From Thermoanaerobaculia bacterium (GTDB lineage Bacteria > Acidobacteriota > Thermoanaerobaculia > Multivoradales > UBA5704), in contig DASXXC010000419.1 in NCBI GenBank assembly GCA_036503335.1, positions 20,363 through 84,362 of the forward strand: 64,000 nucleotides of DNA, read 5' to 3'. Positions 15,924 to 24,712 of this stretch are shown here, in pieces (the first letter of the stretch is position 1; each line of letters starts with the position of its first letter). The position numbers and the translations under genes are program-made. Below the pieces are notes generated by a model. The model saw only the letters and a list, made by a program, of their open reading frames with translations, made no database searches and was not told the origin of the DNA.

Positions 15924-16682
15924 ATGTTTCAGCGCATCGCCCGTGTGTTCAAGTCGTGGATCGGCTACTTCATCTCCTTCGCCGAGGACCCGGAGGTGAT
16001 GCTCCAGGAGTCCATCGAGGAGATGCGCAACACGCTGCCCAAGCTCAACCAGATCCTGATCACCACCCGCGCCACGGTGATCCGCCTGGAGCAGGGGAAG
16101 GCGGCGCTGGAGAGCCGGGAGAAGCAGCTCGTCAATTCGATCAAGGCCGCCCTCGCCGAGGGGAGCCCCGAGTCGCGGCGCGTGGCCGAGGACGACGCCT
16201 CGTCCCTCCAGCAGGTGCGCCAGGAGCTGGCGACCACCAACGATCAGCTCACGGCGGCCTCCAAGGCCTTCGAGAACGCCCAGATCACGGTGGAGGACAT
16301 CAAGCAGAAGCTGCGGCAGAAGATGGAGGAGAGCCGCAAGGCGATCACCGAATCGAAGAACGCCGCGGCCCTGCGAAACGCCGCCAGCGCCATCGCCGAG
16401 CTCGACACCTACGGCACCGCCGCCACCAACGACAAGTACCTGGAGGAGATCCGCCAGCGCTCCGCCGAGGCCAAGGCCGCCGTCGAGGTGGCGACCGGCG
16501 GGCTGGACGTCGAGCGGATCAAGACCGAGCGCAAGGCCCGCCAACTCCAGGCCCAGAGCGTCCTCTCCGAGTTCGAGGTGGAGATGGGCCTCAAGAAGCC
16601 GGACGCCACCCGCGAGGCCGCGCCGTTCCCCACCCAGGCGACGCCCACGGCCACGCCGACCAAGCTGCCCGAGGCGGGGTAG
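15924..16682 (+). CDS. pspA: PspA/IM30/Vipp1 family protein (bacterial ESCRT-III-like)
   Basis: The N-terminus MFQRIARVFKSWIGYFISFAEDPEVMLQESIEEMRNTLPKL matches the PspA/IM30 N-terminal pattern. The rest is long coiled-coil. Confidence 0.8.
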   Translation: MFQRIARVFKSWIGYFISFAEDPEVMLQESIEEMRNTLPKLNQILITTRATVIRLEQGKAALESREKQLVNSIKAALAEGSPESRRVAEDDASSLQQVRQELATTNDQLTAASKAFENAQITVEDIKQKLRQKMEESRKAITESKNAAALRNAASAIAELDTYGTAATNDKYLEEIRQRSAEAKAAVEVATGGLDVERIKTERKARQLQAQSVLSEFEVEMGLKKPDATREAAPFPTQATPTATPTKLPEAG

Positions 16683-16685
16683 CCC

Positions 16686-18446
16686 ATGCCCGAAACCGCC
16701 GCCCCGTCCGCCCCCGTGTTCCTCGACACCCTCCCGCCGTGGGCGTCGGAGCTCGTGCGCGCCGTCAGCGCCAAGCAGTCGAATGCCTTCGTGCTGCACG
16801 GCGTGCCGGCCGATCTGATTCCGGTGCGGGGGCCGGCGGGGCTGCGCTTCCTCTCGCTCGACGACTTCCTGGTGCAGCAGCTCTTCGCGGGGTGGTCGTC
16901 GATCGTCACCTACAACCGGGCCGAGGGGTTGGGCTTCGCCACGCCGGCGGCCCGCAGCCACTTCCAGGACCGGCTGCGGGCCTACGACACGGTCCACGGC
17001 ACCAACTGGGCGGACACCCTGCCGCGTGACGCCCCGAACTGCTTCGCCCTCCTCGACTCCTACTTCCGCCAGTGCGCCTCGGCCCAGCCGTCGCGGCCGG
17101 TGGTGCTGATCCTCCCCTTCGCCGAGACGATCGTCCCGGCGGCCGAGGTGGCCTACCGCACCCCCGAGGACCGCGCCGTGCTGGTCTACCTGCGGAAGTG
17201 GTCGCAGGACCCGGTGCTGCTGGCCAAGAACATCGTGGTGGTGATGGTGACCGAGAGCCTGGCCGAGCTCGATCCCAAGCTCGTCCGCTCGCACTCCACC
17301 ATGGAGATCGAGATCGTCCGCCCCGACCTCCGGGAGCGGCTGACCTACCTGGAGGCGGTGCGCTCGCCGGAGTGGTACGCCGCCAAGTCCGACCTGCCGC
17401 CGGCCCGGCTGGCCGAGGTGACCGCGGGCATGACCCGCGTCCAGATCGGCCAGCTTCTCGACGGCGCCGACGGCAACGGCGAGCGCCTGACCCGCGAGCG
17501 GGCCCGCGATCTCAAGAAGGAGGTCATCGAGACCGAGGGGCTGGGGCTGCTGGAGTACGTCGAGCCCAAGTACGACCTCTCGATGGTGGCGGGCATGCCG
17601 GCGGTGAAGGACCGCCTCCGCCGCGCCGCGCGGGCGATCGCGCGGGGGAACCCGGCGGCGGTGCCCATGGGCTACCTCGTCTGCGGTCCGGTGGGGAGCG
17701 CCAAGACCTTCCTCGTCGAGTGCTTCGCCAAGGAGATCGGCTTCCCCTGCGTGAAGCTGAAGAACTTCCGCTCGATGTGGGTGGGCGCGACCGAGTCCAA
17801 CCTGGAGCGCATCCTCAAGATCCTCTCCGCTCTCACCCCCGTGGGCGTGGTGGTGGACGAGGCCGACGCCGCGCTCGGCAATCGCGACCAGCAGGGGGAT
17901 TCCGGCACCCAGAACCGGGTCTTCGCGCAGATCGCCGCCTTCATGGGGGACACCACCCATCGTGGCGAGATCCTCTGGTTCCTGATCACCGCCCGTCCCG
18001 ACCTGCTGCCGATCGACCTCAAGCGCCAGGGCCGGGCCGAGGAGCACATCCCCCTCTTCTACCCGGAGACGGCGGTCGAGTACGACGAGATCTACCGGGT
18101 GATGCTGAAGAAGCTGGGGATCAAGACCGCGGTGGCCAGCATCACCGACGTGGCGACCGAGGACCAGTACTTGGGCCTCTCCGGCTCGGATCTGGAGGCG
18201 GTGCTGGTGCGGGCCATCCTGGAGGCGGAGGCTTCCGATTCCTCCGAGGTCAAGGCGGAGCATCTCCAGAAAGCTTTTACGGACTTCATCCCTCCCGCCA
18301 ACAGCCGCGAGCGGGAGATGCAGATCCTCTGCGCCGTCCTGGAATCGACCAGCCGCGAGCTCCTGCCGGAGAGGTACCGCACCCTCGACCGCGGGGAGGT
18401 GCAGGGGCGGATCAATGAGATCAAACGGGAGCTGCGGCTGGTCTGA
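16686..18446 (+). CDS. Classical-clade AAA+ ATPase (Vps4/FtsH-type ATPase domain) with a ~330-aa N-terminal domain of unknown function
   Basis: Walker A CGPVGSAKT, Walker B VVVDEADA and second region of homology ITARPDLLPIDLKRQGRAEEHIPL (the ATNRPD..LLRPGRFD pattern). It starts 4 bp after the pspA stop. Confidence 0.85.
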   Translation: MPETAAPSAPVFLDTLPPWASELVRAVSAKQSNAFVLHGVPADLIPVRGPAGLRFLSLDDFLVQQLFAGWSSIVTYNRAEGLGFATPAARSHFQDRLRAYDTVHGTNWADTLPRDAPNCFALLDSYFRQCASAQPSRPVVLILPFAETIVPAAEVAYRTPEDRAVLVYLRKWSQDPVLLAKNIVVVMVTESLAELDPKLVRSHSTMEIEIVRPDLRERLTYLEAVRSPEWYAAKSDLPPARLAEVTAGMTRVQIGQLLDGADGNGERLTRERARDLKKEVIETEGLGLLEYVEPKYDLSMVAGMPAVKDRLRRAARAIARGNPAAVPMGYLVCGPVGSAKTFLVECFAKEIGFPCVKLKNFRSMWVGATESNLERILKILSALTPVGVVVDEADAALGNRDQQGDSGTQNRVFAQIAAFMGDTTHRGEILWFLITARPDLLPIDLKRQGRAEEHIPLFYPETAVEYDEIYRVMLKKLGIKTAVASITDVATEDQYLGLSGSDLEAVLVRAILEAEASDSSEVKAEHLQKAFTDFIPPANSREREMQILCAVLESTSRELLPERYRTLDRGEVQGRINEIKRELRLV

Positions 18447-18468
18447 GGACCGGAACGAAGGAGACCCA

Positions 18469-18960
18469 ATGAAAACCGTTCGATGGCTGCTGGCGATCCT
18501 GGTTGTGCTCTGCGCGATGCTGGCCGAGGCGCAGGACCCGAAGCCGGTTTCTTCCCACGTCGTGCTGGACGAGGCCGAGATCCACTGGCGGCCGGCCGCC
18601 TCGGCCGCTCTCGGCAAAGGGGTGGAGGTCGCCGTGCTTTCCGGCAATCCGGGAGCCGCGGGGCCCTTCGTGATGCGAATGAAGATGTCTGCCGGCTACA
18701 AGATCGCGCCGCACTGGCACCCCACGGACGAGCACATCACGGTGATCGCGGGCACCTTCTCCATGGGCATGGGAGAGACCTTTGACGCCAACGCCACGAA
18801 GCCGCTCAGCGCCGGGGGCTACGCGCTGATGCCGGCGAAGATGCGCCATTTCGGATGGACCAAGGACGGGGCCACGATCCAGTTGCACGGCGTCGGCCCG
18901 TTCCTGATCTACTACGTCAACCCCGCCGACGATCCCCGCGGCGGAAAGACCAGGCAGTAG
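18469..18960 (+). CDS. Secreted cupin-domain protein
   Basis: MKTVRWLLAILVVLCAMLAEA signal, then a cupin-like HWHPTDEHITVIAGTF motif. GAAGGAG Shine-Dalgarno before the ATG. Confidence 0.7.
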   Translation: MKTVRWLLAILVVLCAMLAEAQDPKPVSSHVVLDEAEIHWRPAASAALGKGVEVAVLSGNPGAAGPFVMRMKMSAGYKIAPHWHPTDEHITVIAGTFSMGMGETFDANATKPLSAGGYALMPAKMRHFGWTKDGATIQLHGVGPFLIYYVNPADDPRGGKTRQ

Positions 18961-19010
18961 GCCGCGCGGGGCTTGCCGGGAGCCGGGCCCTCCGGTGATA
19001 CCCTAAAGGC

Positions 19011-19610
19011 ATGTCCCGCTACGATTTCCTTCTCGAGACCTACGACACCGAGCGTCTGAAGACCCTCTCCGTCTGGTCGCAATTCCGGGATGAGGATCTC
19101 GCCTTCCGGCCGGAGCCCCGGGCGCGGACGCCCCACGAGCACATGGTCCACCAGCACATCAGCGAGGACACCTGGATGAAGACCATGCTGGGGATCGACC
19201 TCGGCGAGCCGCCGCTGCCCGCCGAGGAGACCCGCCTCGCCTTTATCCGGAAGTACGCGGACGCCTCGGGCCGGCGCCTCGAAAGGCTGCGCGGGATGCC
19301 GGAGGAGTGGTTCGAGGGGGCCACCCGCTTCTTCGATGTCGAGCGCTCCCGCGCCTGGGTGCTGACGCGGCGGATCGCCCACTCGGCCCACCACCGCGGC
19401 CAGCTCACCGCCTACCTGCGCCTGCTGGGCCGGAGCCTCTACTCGACCTACGGCCCCACCGCCGACACCGGCGGGCTGTTCCTCAACGGCGCGCCGACGA
19501 TCTATCGCTATCCGGACCTGGAGGGGTTGCTGGAGGCCGAGGCCCGCGGCGGGGAATCGCCAGAGCTCCCCGGGCCGGGGGAGAAGAGCCCGACCGAGCG
19601 GCCGGGCTGA
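19011..19610 (+). CDS. DinB/YfiT-family (DinB_2) metal-dependent hydrolase-like protein
   Basis: HSAHHRGQLTAYLRLLG is the DinB-family signature. Confidence 0.7.
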   Translation: MSRYDFLLETYDTERLKTLSVWSQFRDEDLAFRPEPRARTPHEHMVHQHISEDTWMKTMLGIDLGEPPLPAEETRLAFIRKYADASGRRLERLRGMPEEWFEGATRFFDVERSRAWVLTRRIAHSAHHRGQLTAYLRLLGRSLYSTYGPTADTGGLFLNGAPTIYRYPDLEGLLEAEARGGESPELPGPGEKSPTERPG

Positions 19611-19613
19611 GCT

Positions 19614-20585
19614 CTACCGCGAGAGCACCCGCGCCAGCTCGAACAGGCTGAGGTCGAGCGGCTTGCGGTTGGCGACCACGTCCACGAGCGGGGTGGTGAC
19701 GATCTGGCTGCTGCTGATCCCCACCAGGATGCCGTGCTCCCCCGCGATCAGCCGGTGGACGGCGCCGGCGCCGAGCCGGGTAGCCAGCAGGCGGTCGAAG
19801 GCTCCCGGGGTGCCGCCGCGCTGGACGTGCCCCAGGATCGTCGCCCGCAGCTCGAACCCCAGCCGCTGGCGGTGCTCGGAGAAGTGGTGGATGAGCCGGT
19901 CGGCGTTGAATTTCGCCCCCTCGGCCACCACCACCAGGGCGTGCGGCTTGCCGCGCTGGTAGGCCCCGCGGAGCTCGGCGGCGAGGGTCTCGGGATCGAT
20001 CTCCATCTCCGGGATGATCGCCGCCTCGGCCCCGCCCGCCACCGCCGCCGCCAGCGCCAGGTATCCGCAGTCGCGACCCATCACCTCCACCAGGAAGGCC
20101 CGCTGGTGGGACGAGGCCGTCACCTTGAGCCGGTCGATCGCCTCCAGGGCGATGTTGAGGGCGGTGTCCACGCCGATGGTGATCTCGGAGCCGTAGAGGT
20201 CGTTGTCGATCGTCGAGGCGACGCCGACCACGGGGAAGCCGAGCTCGGTGAGCTGGTGGGCCCCGGTCTGGGAGCCGTTGCCGCCGATGACCACCAGGGC
20301 GTCGATCCCATGTTGTCCGAGCTGGCGCACGGCCTCGATGCGCCCTTCCTCGTTGCGGAACTCGGGGCAGCGGGCGCTCCCCAGCATGGTGCCCGCCTGC
20401 TGGAGGATGCCGCCGACGTCGCGCGCCTCCAGGCTGATGAAGTTGCCCGCGATGAGCCCCGCGAAGCCGCGCCGGACCCCGAAGACCTGCAGGCCCTCGT
20501 GGATGCCGGCGCGCACCACGGCCCGGATGGCGGCGTTCATTCCAGGGGCGTCCCCCCCGCTGGTCAAGACTGCGATCCTCTTCAT
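19614..20585 (-). CDS. pfkA: ATP-dependent 6-phosphofructokinase
   Basis: MKRIAVLTSGGDAPGMNAAIRAVVR, GGNGS, MGR and GHVQRGG are canonical PFK motifs. Confidence 0.95.
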   Translation of the reverse strand: MKRIAVLTSGGDAPGMNAAIRAVVRAGIHEGLQVFGVRRGFAGLIAGNFISLEARDVGGILQQAGTMLGSARCPEFRNEEGRIEAVRQLGQHGIDALVVIGGNGSQTGAHQLTELGFPVVGVASTIDNDLYGSEITIGVDTALNIALEAIDRLKVTASSHQRAFLVEVMGRDCGYLALAAAVAGGAEAAIIPEMEIDPETLAAELRGAYQRGKPHALVVVAEGAKFNADRLIHHFSEHRQRLGFELRATILGHVQRGGTPGAFDRLLATRLGAGAVHRLIAGEHGILVGISSSQIVTTPLVDVVANRKPLDLSLFELARVLSR

Positions 20586-20675
20586 GGCACCTCCGGCCCG
20601 TTCATGCCGCCCCTACCTTACAAAACGCGGGCCGTGCTTGACAGCCCCATCCGCTTCCGGGATGCTGCGACTGCG

Positions 20676-22592
20676 ATGCAGACGGAGACCACATCGACCC
20701 CCTCGCTCTCGGAGGTCCACGGCTCCGTCGAGATCCCGCGGCAAATTTCCTTCTGGCGGCGCTTTTTCGCGTTCAGCGGCCCCGCCTATCTGATCAGCGT
20801 CGGCTACATGGACCCGGGCAACTGGGCCACGGACATCGCCGCCGGCTCCAAATTCGGCTACGGCCTGCTCTGGGTGCTGGTTATGTCGAACCTGATGGCG
20901 ATCCTGCTCCAGAGCCTCTCGGCGCGGCTCGGCATCGTCACCGGCATGGACTTGGCCCAGGCCTGCCGCTCGATGTTCTCCCGCCGCGTCTCCTGGGTGC
21001 TCTGGATCCTCGCCGAGGTCGCCATCGCCGCCTGCGACCTGGCGGAGGTGCTGGGCTCGGCGATCGGCCTGCAGCTCCTCTTCGGTATACCCCTGCTCGC
21101 CGCCGTCTTCGTGACCGCCCTCGACACCTTCGTGCTCCTGCTCCTGCACCACCGCGGGGTGCGGCTGATGGAGGCGTTCATCCTGGCGCTGGTGATCACC
21201 ATCGGCGCCTGCCTGGCCATCGAGGTCTTCCTCTCGAAGCCGCACTGGGGGCAGATGGCGGCCGGGCTGGTGCCATCGCTGCCGGGGGAGGGGGCGCTCT
21301 TTCTCGCCATCGGCATCCTCGGCGCCACGGTGATGCCGCACAACCTTTATCTCCATTCGGCGCTCGTGCAGTCCCGACGGGTCCAGCACACGCCGGCGGG
21401 CATCCGCTCCAGCATCCGGTTCAACACCATCGACTCCTTCGTGGCCCTCAACGGCGCGCTGCTGGTCAACGCCGCCCTGCTGGTGCTGGCCGGGGCCACC
21501 TTCTTCAAGGCGGGGATGTTCAACGTCGCCGAGATCCAGGACGCTCACCGCCTGCTGGAGCCGCTCCTGGGGCACAAGATCGCTCCCATCGTCTTCGCCG
21601 TCGCCCTGATCGCCGCCGGGCAGTCGTCCACGATCACCGGCACCCTCGCCGGCCAGGTGGTGATGGAAGGGTTCGTCCACATCCGGATGCGGCCGCTCGT
21701 GCGGCGCCTGCTGACCCGGGCCCTGGCCATCATCCCCGCCGTGCTGACCATCGCCTTCTTCGGCGAGCGGGCGACGGGGAACCTCCTGTTGCTCTCCCAG
21801 GTGGTGCTCTCCCTCCAGCTCTCCTTCGCCGTGATCCCCCTGATCCAGATCGCCTCCGACCGCCGCTGGATGGGGCAGTACGTGATCAACCGGTGGATGA
21901 AGCTCGGCGGCTGGCTGGTGGCGGGCGTGATCGCCGTGCTCAACCTGAAGCTGGTCTTCGATCAGCTCATGGACTGGCTGACCGGGACCACCGGCCCGCG
22001 GGCCTGGGTGATCGGCCTGACGGCCATGCCGGTCATCCTCGGGCTGGTGGCCCTGCTCGGCTACGTGATCGTGGTGCCCATCCTGGAGCGGCGGCGCAAC
22101 GACCCGGTGCCGGCGCTGGTGGGGGTCCACGGCCCGAGCGTCATCCCGGAGATCGTGCCGCCGCGGGCTCCCCGTCTGATCGCCGCGGCGCTCGACTTCA
22201 CCTGGGCCGACAAGTCGGTGGTCTCCTTCGCCGTGACCCTCGCCCGCGCCACCGGCCGGGGGGCCAAGGTGCTGCTCTTCCACGTCGTGGAATCCGGCGG
22301 TGCCCTGGTGATGGGCGGCGAATCGCGCGACCGCGAGGCCGAGGCCGACCAGGAGCGGCTGGAGCTCTACACCCGCGAGCTGGCCGAGCTGGGGGTCGAC
22401 GCCGAGTACGACCTCGGCTTCGGCGATCCCCCCGAGGAGCTGGCCAAGCTGGTGGAGGAGCACAAGCCGGACCTCATCGTCCTCGGCAGCCACGGCCACC
22501 GCCGCATGGGCGACATCGTCCACGGCACCTCGGTCGAGCGCCTCCGCCACCGGGTGCGCGTGCCGGTGATGGTGATTCCGGCGAAGGAGTAG
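20676..22592 (+). CDS. mntH: Nramp/MntH-family divalent metal transporter with a C-terminal universal stress protein (UspA) domain
   Basis: GPAYLISVGYMDPGNWATDIAAGSKFGY and MPHNLYLHSAL are Nramp motifs. The C-terminal ~140 aa (KVLLFHVVESGG...LIVLGSHGHRRMGDIVHGTSVERLRHRVRVPVMVI) look like UspA. Start set at the Met after the pfkA overlap. Confidence 0.9.
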   Translation: MQTETTSTPSLSEVHGSVEIPRQISFWRRFFAFSGPAYLISVGYMDPGNWATDIAAGSKFGYGLLWVLVMSNLMAILLQSLSARLGIVTGMDLAQACRSMFSRRVSWVLWILAEVAIAACDLAEVLGSAIGLQLLFGIPLLAAVFVTALDTFVLLLLHHRGVRLMEAFILALVITIGACLAIEVFLSKPHWGQMAAGLVPSLPGEGALFLAIGILGATVMPHNLYLHSALVQSRRVQHTPAGIRSSIRFNTIDSFVALNGALLVNAALLVLAGATFFKAGMFNVAEIQDAHRLLEPLLGHKIAPIVFAVALIAAGQSSTITGTLAGQVVMEGFVHIRMRPLVRRLLTRALAIIPAVLTIAFFGERATGNLLLLSQVVLSLQLSFAVIPLIQIASDRRWMGQYVINRWMKLGGWLVAGVIAVLNLKLVFDQLMDWLTGTTGPRAWVIGLTAMPVILGLVALLGYVIVVPILERRRNDPVPALVGVHGPSVIPEIVPPRAPRLIAAALDFTWADKSVVSFAVTLARATGRGAKVLLFHVVESGGALVMGGESRDREAEADQERLELYTRELAELGVDAEYDLGFGDPPEELAKLVEEHKPDLIVLGSHGHRRMGDIVHGTSVERLRHRVRVPVMVIPAKE

Positions 22593-22602
22593 GGGCCGGG
22601 CT

Positions 22603-23664
22603 CTACGGCACCGTATCCTTCACCACCAGCACCCGCCCGCCCTTCGGATCGCACACCCAGACCTGCCTCTGATCGTCCGCCACGGCGCAGTGGGCGCCGA
22701 CGGCGGTGTCGGCGGTGGCGAGGAGCTTCAGCGTCCCCTCCTTCGTGACGCCGACGATCGCCATCTGCCCGGTCTTGGAGGCGGGGACGTAGAGCCGGTG
22801 GAGGGTGGGGTTGTAGGCGATGATGTCGGTGCCGCTGCCGAAGCGGAAGCGGTCCATGATGGCATGGCGGGTGACCTCGAGGAGGTCCGCTCCCCCCTCG
22901 GCGCAGCCGACAAAGAGGAGCCCCTTGGGAGCGTCCAGAGCGAGGCCGCGGGAGCCCTGGCAGCCGTTGGACCAGGTCTGGACGATCTTGCGCCCCGCGA
23001 GGTCGATCACCACCGTGGAGCTCTTCCAGAGGTTGGCGTACCCGACCTTGCGGCGGGCGTCGATCACCAGCGACTCCGGCCCGCCCGGGACGGCGAGGAA
23101 GGCCGCGTGGGCCGGCACCGGCGGCGTGGCGTTGGAGAGGCTGAAGATCTCGATGCCGTCCTTGTCCGGCTCGGTGACCCAGACCTCGTTGGTGGTGGTG
23201 ACGTAGCGGACGTAGTCCGGGGAGCCGCCGAGAGGGGCGCCGCCCACGATGGCGCCCTTGGCGGGGTCGATCACCACCAGCCGCTTGGCGGTGCGGTCGC
23301 TGGCGAACAGGTAGCCCTTGCCCTCGTCGGCCGAGGTGGGGCCGGCGTCGTGCGAGGCGTTGCCCGGCGGGGTCGACTTGAAGCCGCCGATCTCGCGCGC
23401 CTTGCGGCTCTGGGGATCGAACAGGACGATCTTGCCGGTGCGGCCGGCGGGCACCACGACTTGGCGCAGCCCCGGCGGGAAGGCGAGGTCGTCGAGGCCG
23501 ATCCCCCCTTCACCGCCGGGCAGCGGAACGGGCTCGGCCTTCAGCTTGACCGCGGGCTTCCCGGCCTCCCGGAGGGGCTCGGGATGGGCCGGAGGGAGCT
23601 CCTGGGCGAAGGCGCTCGAGGCGAGGAGCAGCAGGGCGGCGAGGAGGTGGAGGGGTGGTTTCAT
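22603..23664 (-). CDS. Secreted beta-propeller repeat protein
   Basis: Signal peptide MKPPLHLLAALLLLASSAFA followed by repeated strand-rich blades. Confidence 0.7.
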   Translation of the reverse strand: MKPPLHLLAALLLLASSAFAQELPPAHPEPLREAGKPAVKLKAEPVPLPGGEGGIGLDDLAFPPGLRQVVVPAGRTGKIVLFDPQSRKAREIGGFKSTPPGNASHDAGPTSADEGKGYLFASDRTAKRLVVIDPAKGAIVGGAPLGGSPDYVRYVTTTNEVWVTEPDKDGIEIFSLSNATPPVPAHAAFLAVPGGPESLVIDARRKVGYANLWKSSTVVIDLAGRKIVQTWSNGCQGSRGLALDAPKGLLFVGCAEGGADLLEVTRHAIMDRFRFGSGTDIIAYNPTLHRLYVPASKTGQMAIVGVTKEGTLKLLATADTAVGAHCAVADDQRQVWVCDPKGGRVLVVKDTVP

Positions 23665-23686
23665 AGGCTCTTTGGATCCTTTTTCC

Positions 23687-24712
23687 CTACCGGCTGACCA
23701 CCAGGATTGTAAACGTGTTCGGCAGAATCGTGGGCCGCGGGCGCGGCTGCTCGGCGGTGGGGGCGGGCGCCGGGCCGAATTGGGCGGTGACCACGTAGAC
23801 AGTGTGGGTCTTCTCGTCGAGGGCCATGGTGCGCGCGCCCTTGCGGGTAGGCACGTTCTCGGCGACCGTGAAGCGGCCGGGGGTCTCCTCGCGGATCACG
23901 GTCAGCGTGGCGTCCCGGCCGTTCGAGCTGAAGAAGAGCCCCGTGCCGGGATCGAAGGCGTTGGCGTCCACCCCCTCGCCGATCGGCACCGTGGTCACCA
24001 CCTTGCCGCTCTCGGTATCCACCACGGCGGCCATCTTGTTGTCGCAGCCGCTGAGCAGGCGGTGGTGCTGGCGGTCGATCGCCATGCCCGAGGGCTCCTC
24101 GCAGGGCTTGAGCGGCCAGTGGGCCTTGACGGCCAGGCTCTTGGCGTCGATCTCGGCGATCTCGCTCAAGTCCTCGATGTTGACGAAGACCCGCCCCTTG
24201 AGGTCCGTGGTGGCGAACTCGGGCTTGCCGCCCAGCGCGATCGTGCCCACGACCTTCCCCGTCCTGGCGTCCAGCACGGTGGCGTTCTTGGAGCGGCCGT
24301 TGAAGGCAAAAACCTGCGACGAGAAGGGGTCGTAGAGGATGGCGTCCGGGTTCTCGCCCGTCGATTTGACCTCGCCCACGTTCGCCAGGGTCTTGAGATC
24401 GAAGATGGTCACCGTCGAGCTGCGGCCGTTGCTGATGAAGCCGCGGTTGAGGTCGTGGGCGATGGCGATGCCGTGGACTCCGGAGAGGCCCGTCACCTCG
24501 CCGGCTTTCTTCCCGCTGTCGACGTCGATCACCTCGACCTTGTTGGTGTGGGAGACGTAGAGGCGGCGGCCGGCGGGGTCCACGGTCAGGTAGTCCCAGC
24601 CCCCCTCGCCGCCGACCTGGATTTCCTTGGCGACGTGGTAGGCGGGCGCAGCGGCGTGGAGAGGGAGAACGAGACACGCGAGGACGGTCATGGAAAGCAG
24701 GGGGCGGTTCAT
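23687..24712 (-). CDS. Secreted YVTN-type beta-propeller repeat protein
   Basis: Signal peptide, then repeated ...G.LYVSH....V.V.D..SGK..G.V......HGIA... units typical of the YVTN/40-residue repeat. Confidence 0.8.
   Translation of the reverse strand: MNRPLLSMTVLACLVLPLHAAAPAYHVAKEIQVGGEGGWDYLTVDPAGRRLYVSHTNKVEVIDVDSGKKAGEVTGLSGVHGIAIAHDLNRGFISNGRSSTVTIFDLKTLANVGEVKSTGENPDAILYDPFSSQVFAFNGRSKNATVLDARTGKVVGTIALGGKPEFATTDLKGRVFVNIEDLSEIAEIDAKSLAVKAHWPLKPCEEPSGMAIDRQHHRLLSGCDNKMAAVVDTESGKVVTTVPIGEGVDANAFDPGTGLFFSSNGRDATLTVIREETPGRFTVAENVPTRKGARTMALDEKTHTVYVVTAQFGPAPAPTAEQPRPRPTILPNTFTILVVSR

Noticed and set aside
15117-18647. 1176-aa minus-strand ORF
   Set aside because: It is antisense to the PspA/AAA operon, whose products have clear motifs. 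Its own product is low-complexity R/G/P-rich, as expected from spurious ORFs on high-GC DNA.
20586-20675. Possible Mn riboswitch upstream of mntH
   Set aside because: The leader is only ~90 nt and lacks the conserved yybP-ykoY four-way-junction sequences. Regulation is more likely protein-based (MntR/Fur-type).
20613-22550. 645-aa minus-strand ORF
   Set aside because: Antisense to the MntH-UspA gene, which has unmistakable Nramp motifs. The product is a G/D/H-rich artefact.
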